A stretch of DNA of 62,635 nucleotides, counting the filler, from Choristocarpus tenellus KU-1152 (taxonomy: Eukaryota; Protista; Phaeophyceae): NCBI GenBank assembly GCA_964200185.2. It is 6 parts of 6 records of this genome, joined end to end, with 100 filler letters (N's around TTAATTAATTAA, not from the genome) between each part and the next. Parts side by side here need not be neighbours in the genome. Positions count along the whole stretch, not along the records: positions 59,346 to 62,635 come from CAXNAD020021000.1; 5 more parts are not named here. One strand, written 5' to 3'. The translations under genes and the position numbers were made by a program. The notes under the pieces are model-generated. The model was not told the origin of the DNA. It saw only the letters and a list, made by a program, of their open reading frames with translations, and did no database searches. Positions 61,900 to 62,635 of this stretch are shown here, piece by piece. How positions within the stretch are numbered: the first letter of the stretch is position 1; every line of letters begins with the position of its first letter.

Positions 61900-62463
61900 C
61901 CTCTATCCCTACAAGTATGCTGACAATTGGTGAGCAGTGTTGCAACTATGAACTACTCACCGAGAGGAGACCAAAGAAGCTTTACGTTCTTATTGAAGTC
62001 CACAAACGCCAACATCTGGAAAACCTTTCCGAATCCCCATTCTACACTAACCCGGCAAGAGTACATGTTGGTGCTTTTGTCCTTTTGCAGCCCACTAGAG
62101 ATGCTCTTATAAACGCAGGACATACGTGACATTTTTGATTGTCCAATATCATCACAGATCAGATAGATAGTGCTACCTGTCCACCCCAAACTGTCCATTG
62201 ACCGACCTCTCATTTAGGTCTAAACACTGGAGGGTGTCAACATCAGCCCGTGTTAATGGCACGGGCCAACCTTAGCAGTCTTCAATCATCCCACTGGGAA
62301 ACATGACCCCCTGGAATTTGATCATTTTCTTGTGACCTGAGTAAACTTCCCGTTGAAGATCCATGCTATCAACCTTACATGAGAGTGTCAACAACCTCGG
62401 AAGCAACCGTCCACAAAATCTGTTACAGGCGATATGTCTTGATGGCGGTTTCATAAACGCCAT
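61900..62463 (-). pseudogene. PIF/Harbinger (DDE_Tnp_4-type) transposase remnant
   Basis: LQREVYSGHKK-IKFQGVMFPSGMI and NMYSCRVSVEWGFGKVFQMLAFVDFNKNVKLLWSPLGE*FIVATLLTNC match the Harbinger DDE core (Q..YxGHK..H..KFQ....P.G.I; MS..R..VEW.FG....F.DF.....L..SPVG..Y.V..LLTN). Contains stops and frameshifts. Confidence 0.8.
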
Positions 62464-62542
62464 TATGACCTTGAAGTCCTAGGTTTGATATATTTGTATT
62501 TCTTGAATATTTATTACTATTTGGTCATTATGGTCCCTGATT

Positions 62543-62635
62543 GGGTCAAAGTATCTGGGGGGGGGGGGGGGGTTTGTGAAGGGGGGCCCGTTTCGGTCCA
62601 AGAAATTTTTTTTTTGCTGACATTTTAAATCCGAC
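62543..62635 (+). mobile_element. MITE family B-like copy running off the window
   Basis: GGGTCAAAGTATCTGGGGG... with diverged body ending ATCCGAC. Confidence 0.7.

Noticed and set aside
62543-62635. MITE-B TIR as the terminus of the adjacent Harbinger transposase element
   Set aside because: The TIR points away from the transposase, so it begins a separate insertion.

Overview
Eukaryotic, intron-rich, AT-rich DNA, probably from a flagellated stramenopile of the brown-algal lineage (an inference from gene structure and content). It is not one continuous locus: six contigs are joined by artificial 100-bp linkers (44 N + TTAATTAATTAA + 44 N) at 25604, 32529, 42479, 54832 and 59246. Contig 1 carries two head-to-head multi-exon genes: a large IQ/WW/WW-domain protein (minus strand, running off the left edge) and a PheA/TfdB-type FAD-dependent aromatic monooxygenase (plus strand). 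Contig 2 holds a decayed, intron-containing hAT transposase. Contig 3 holds the AAA2-AAA4 part of an axonemal dynein heavy chain (+), and contig 4 the AAA6/C-terminal part of a dynein heavy chain (-). Contigs 5-6 contain a UDP-glycosyltransferase-like exon, a tRNA-Phe(GAA) with a decayed tandem copy, and a PIF/Harbinger transposase remnant. About 20 MITE copies from three families share a G(A/G)(G/C)TCAAAGTA-type terminus and mostly 3-bp TSDs. The most notable signals are the MITE/Harbinger system, five GC-AG introns, a CpG-deamination signature in repeats, a ~530-bp intronic MITE hairpin, a bidirectional promoter and a possibly hybrid-type dynein. I found no clearly novel multi-gene system. 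Exon boundaries were read by eye and need RNA-seq confirmation.
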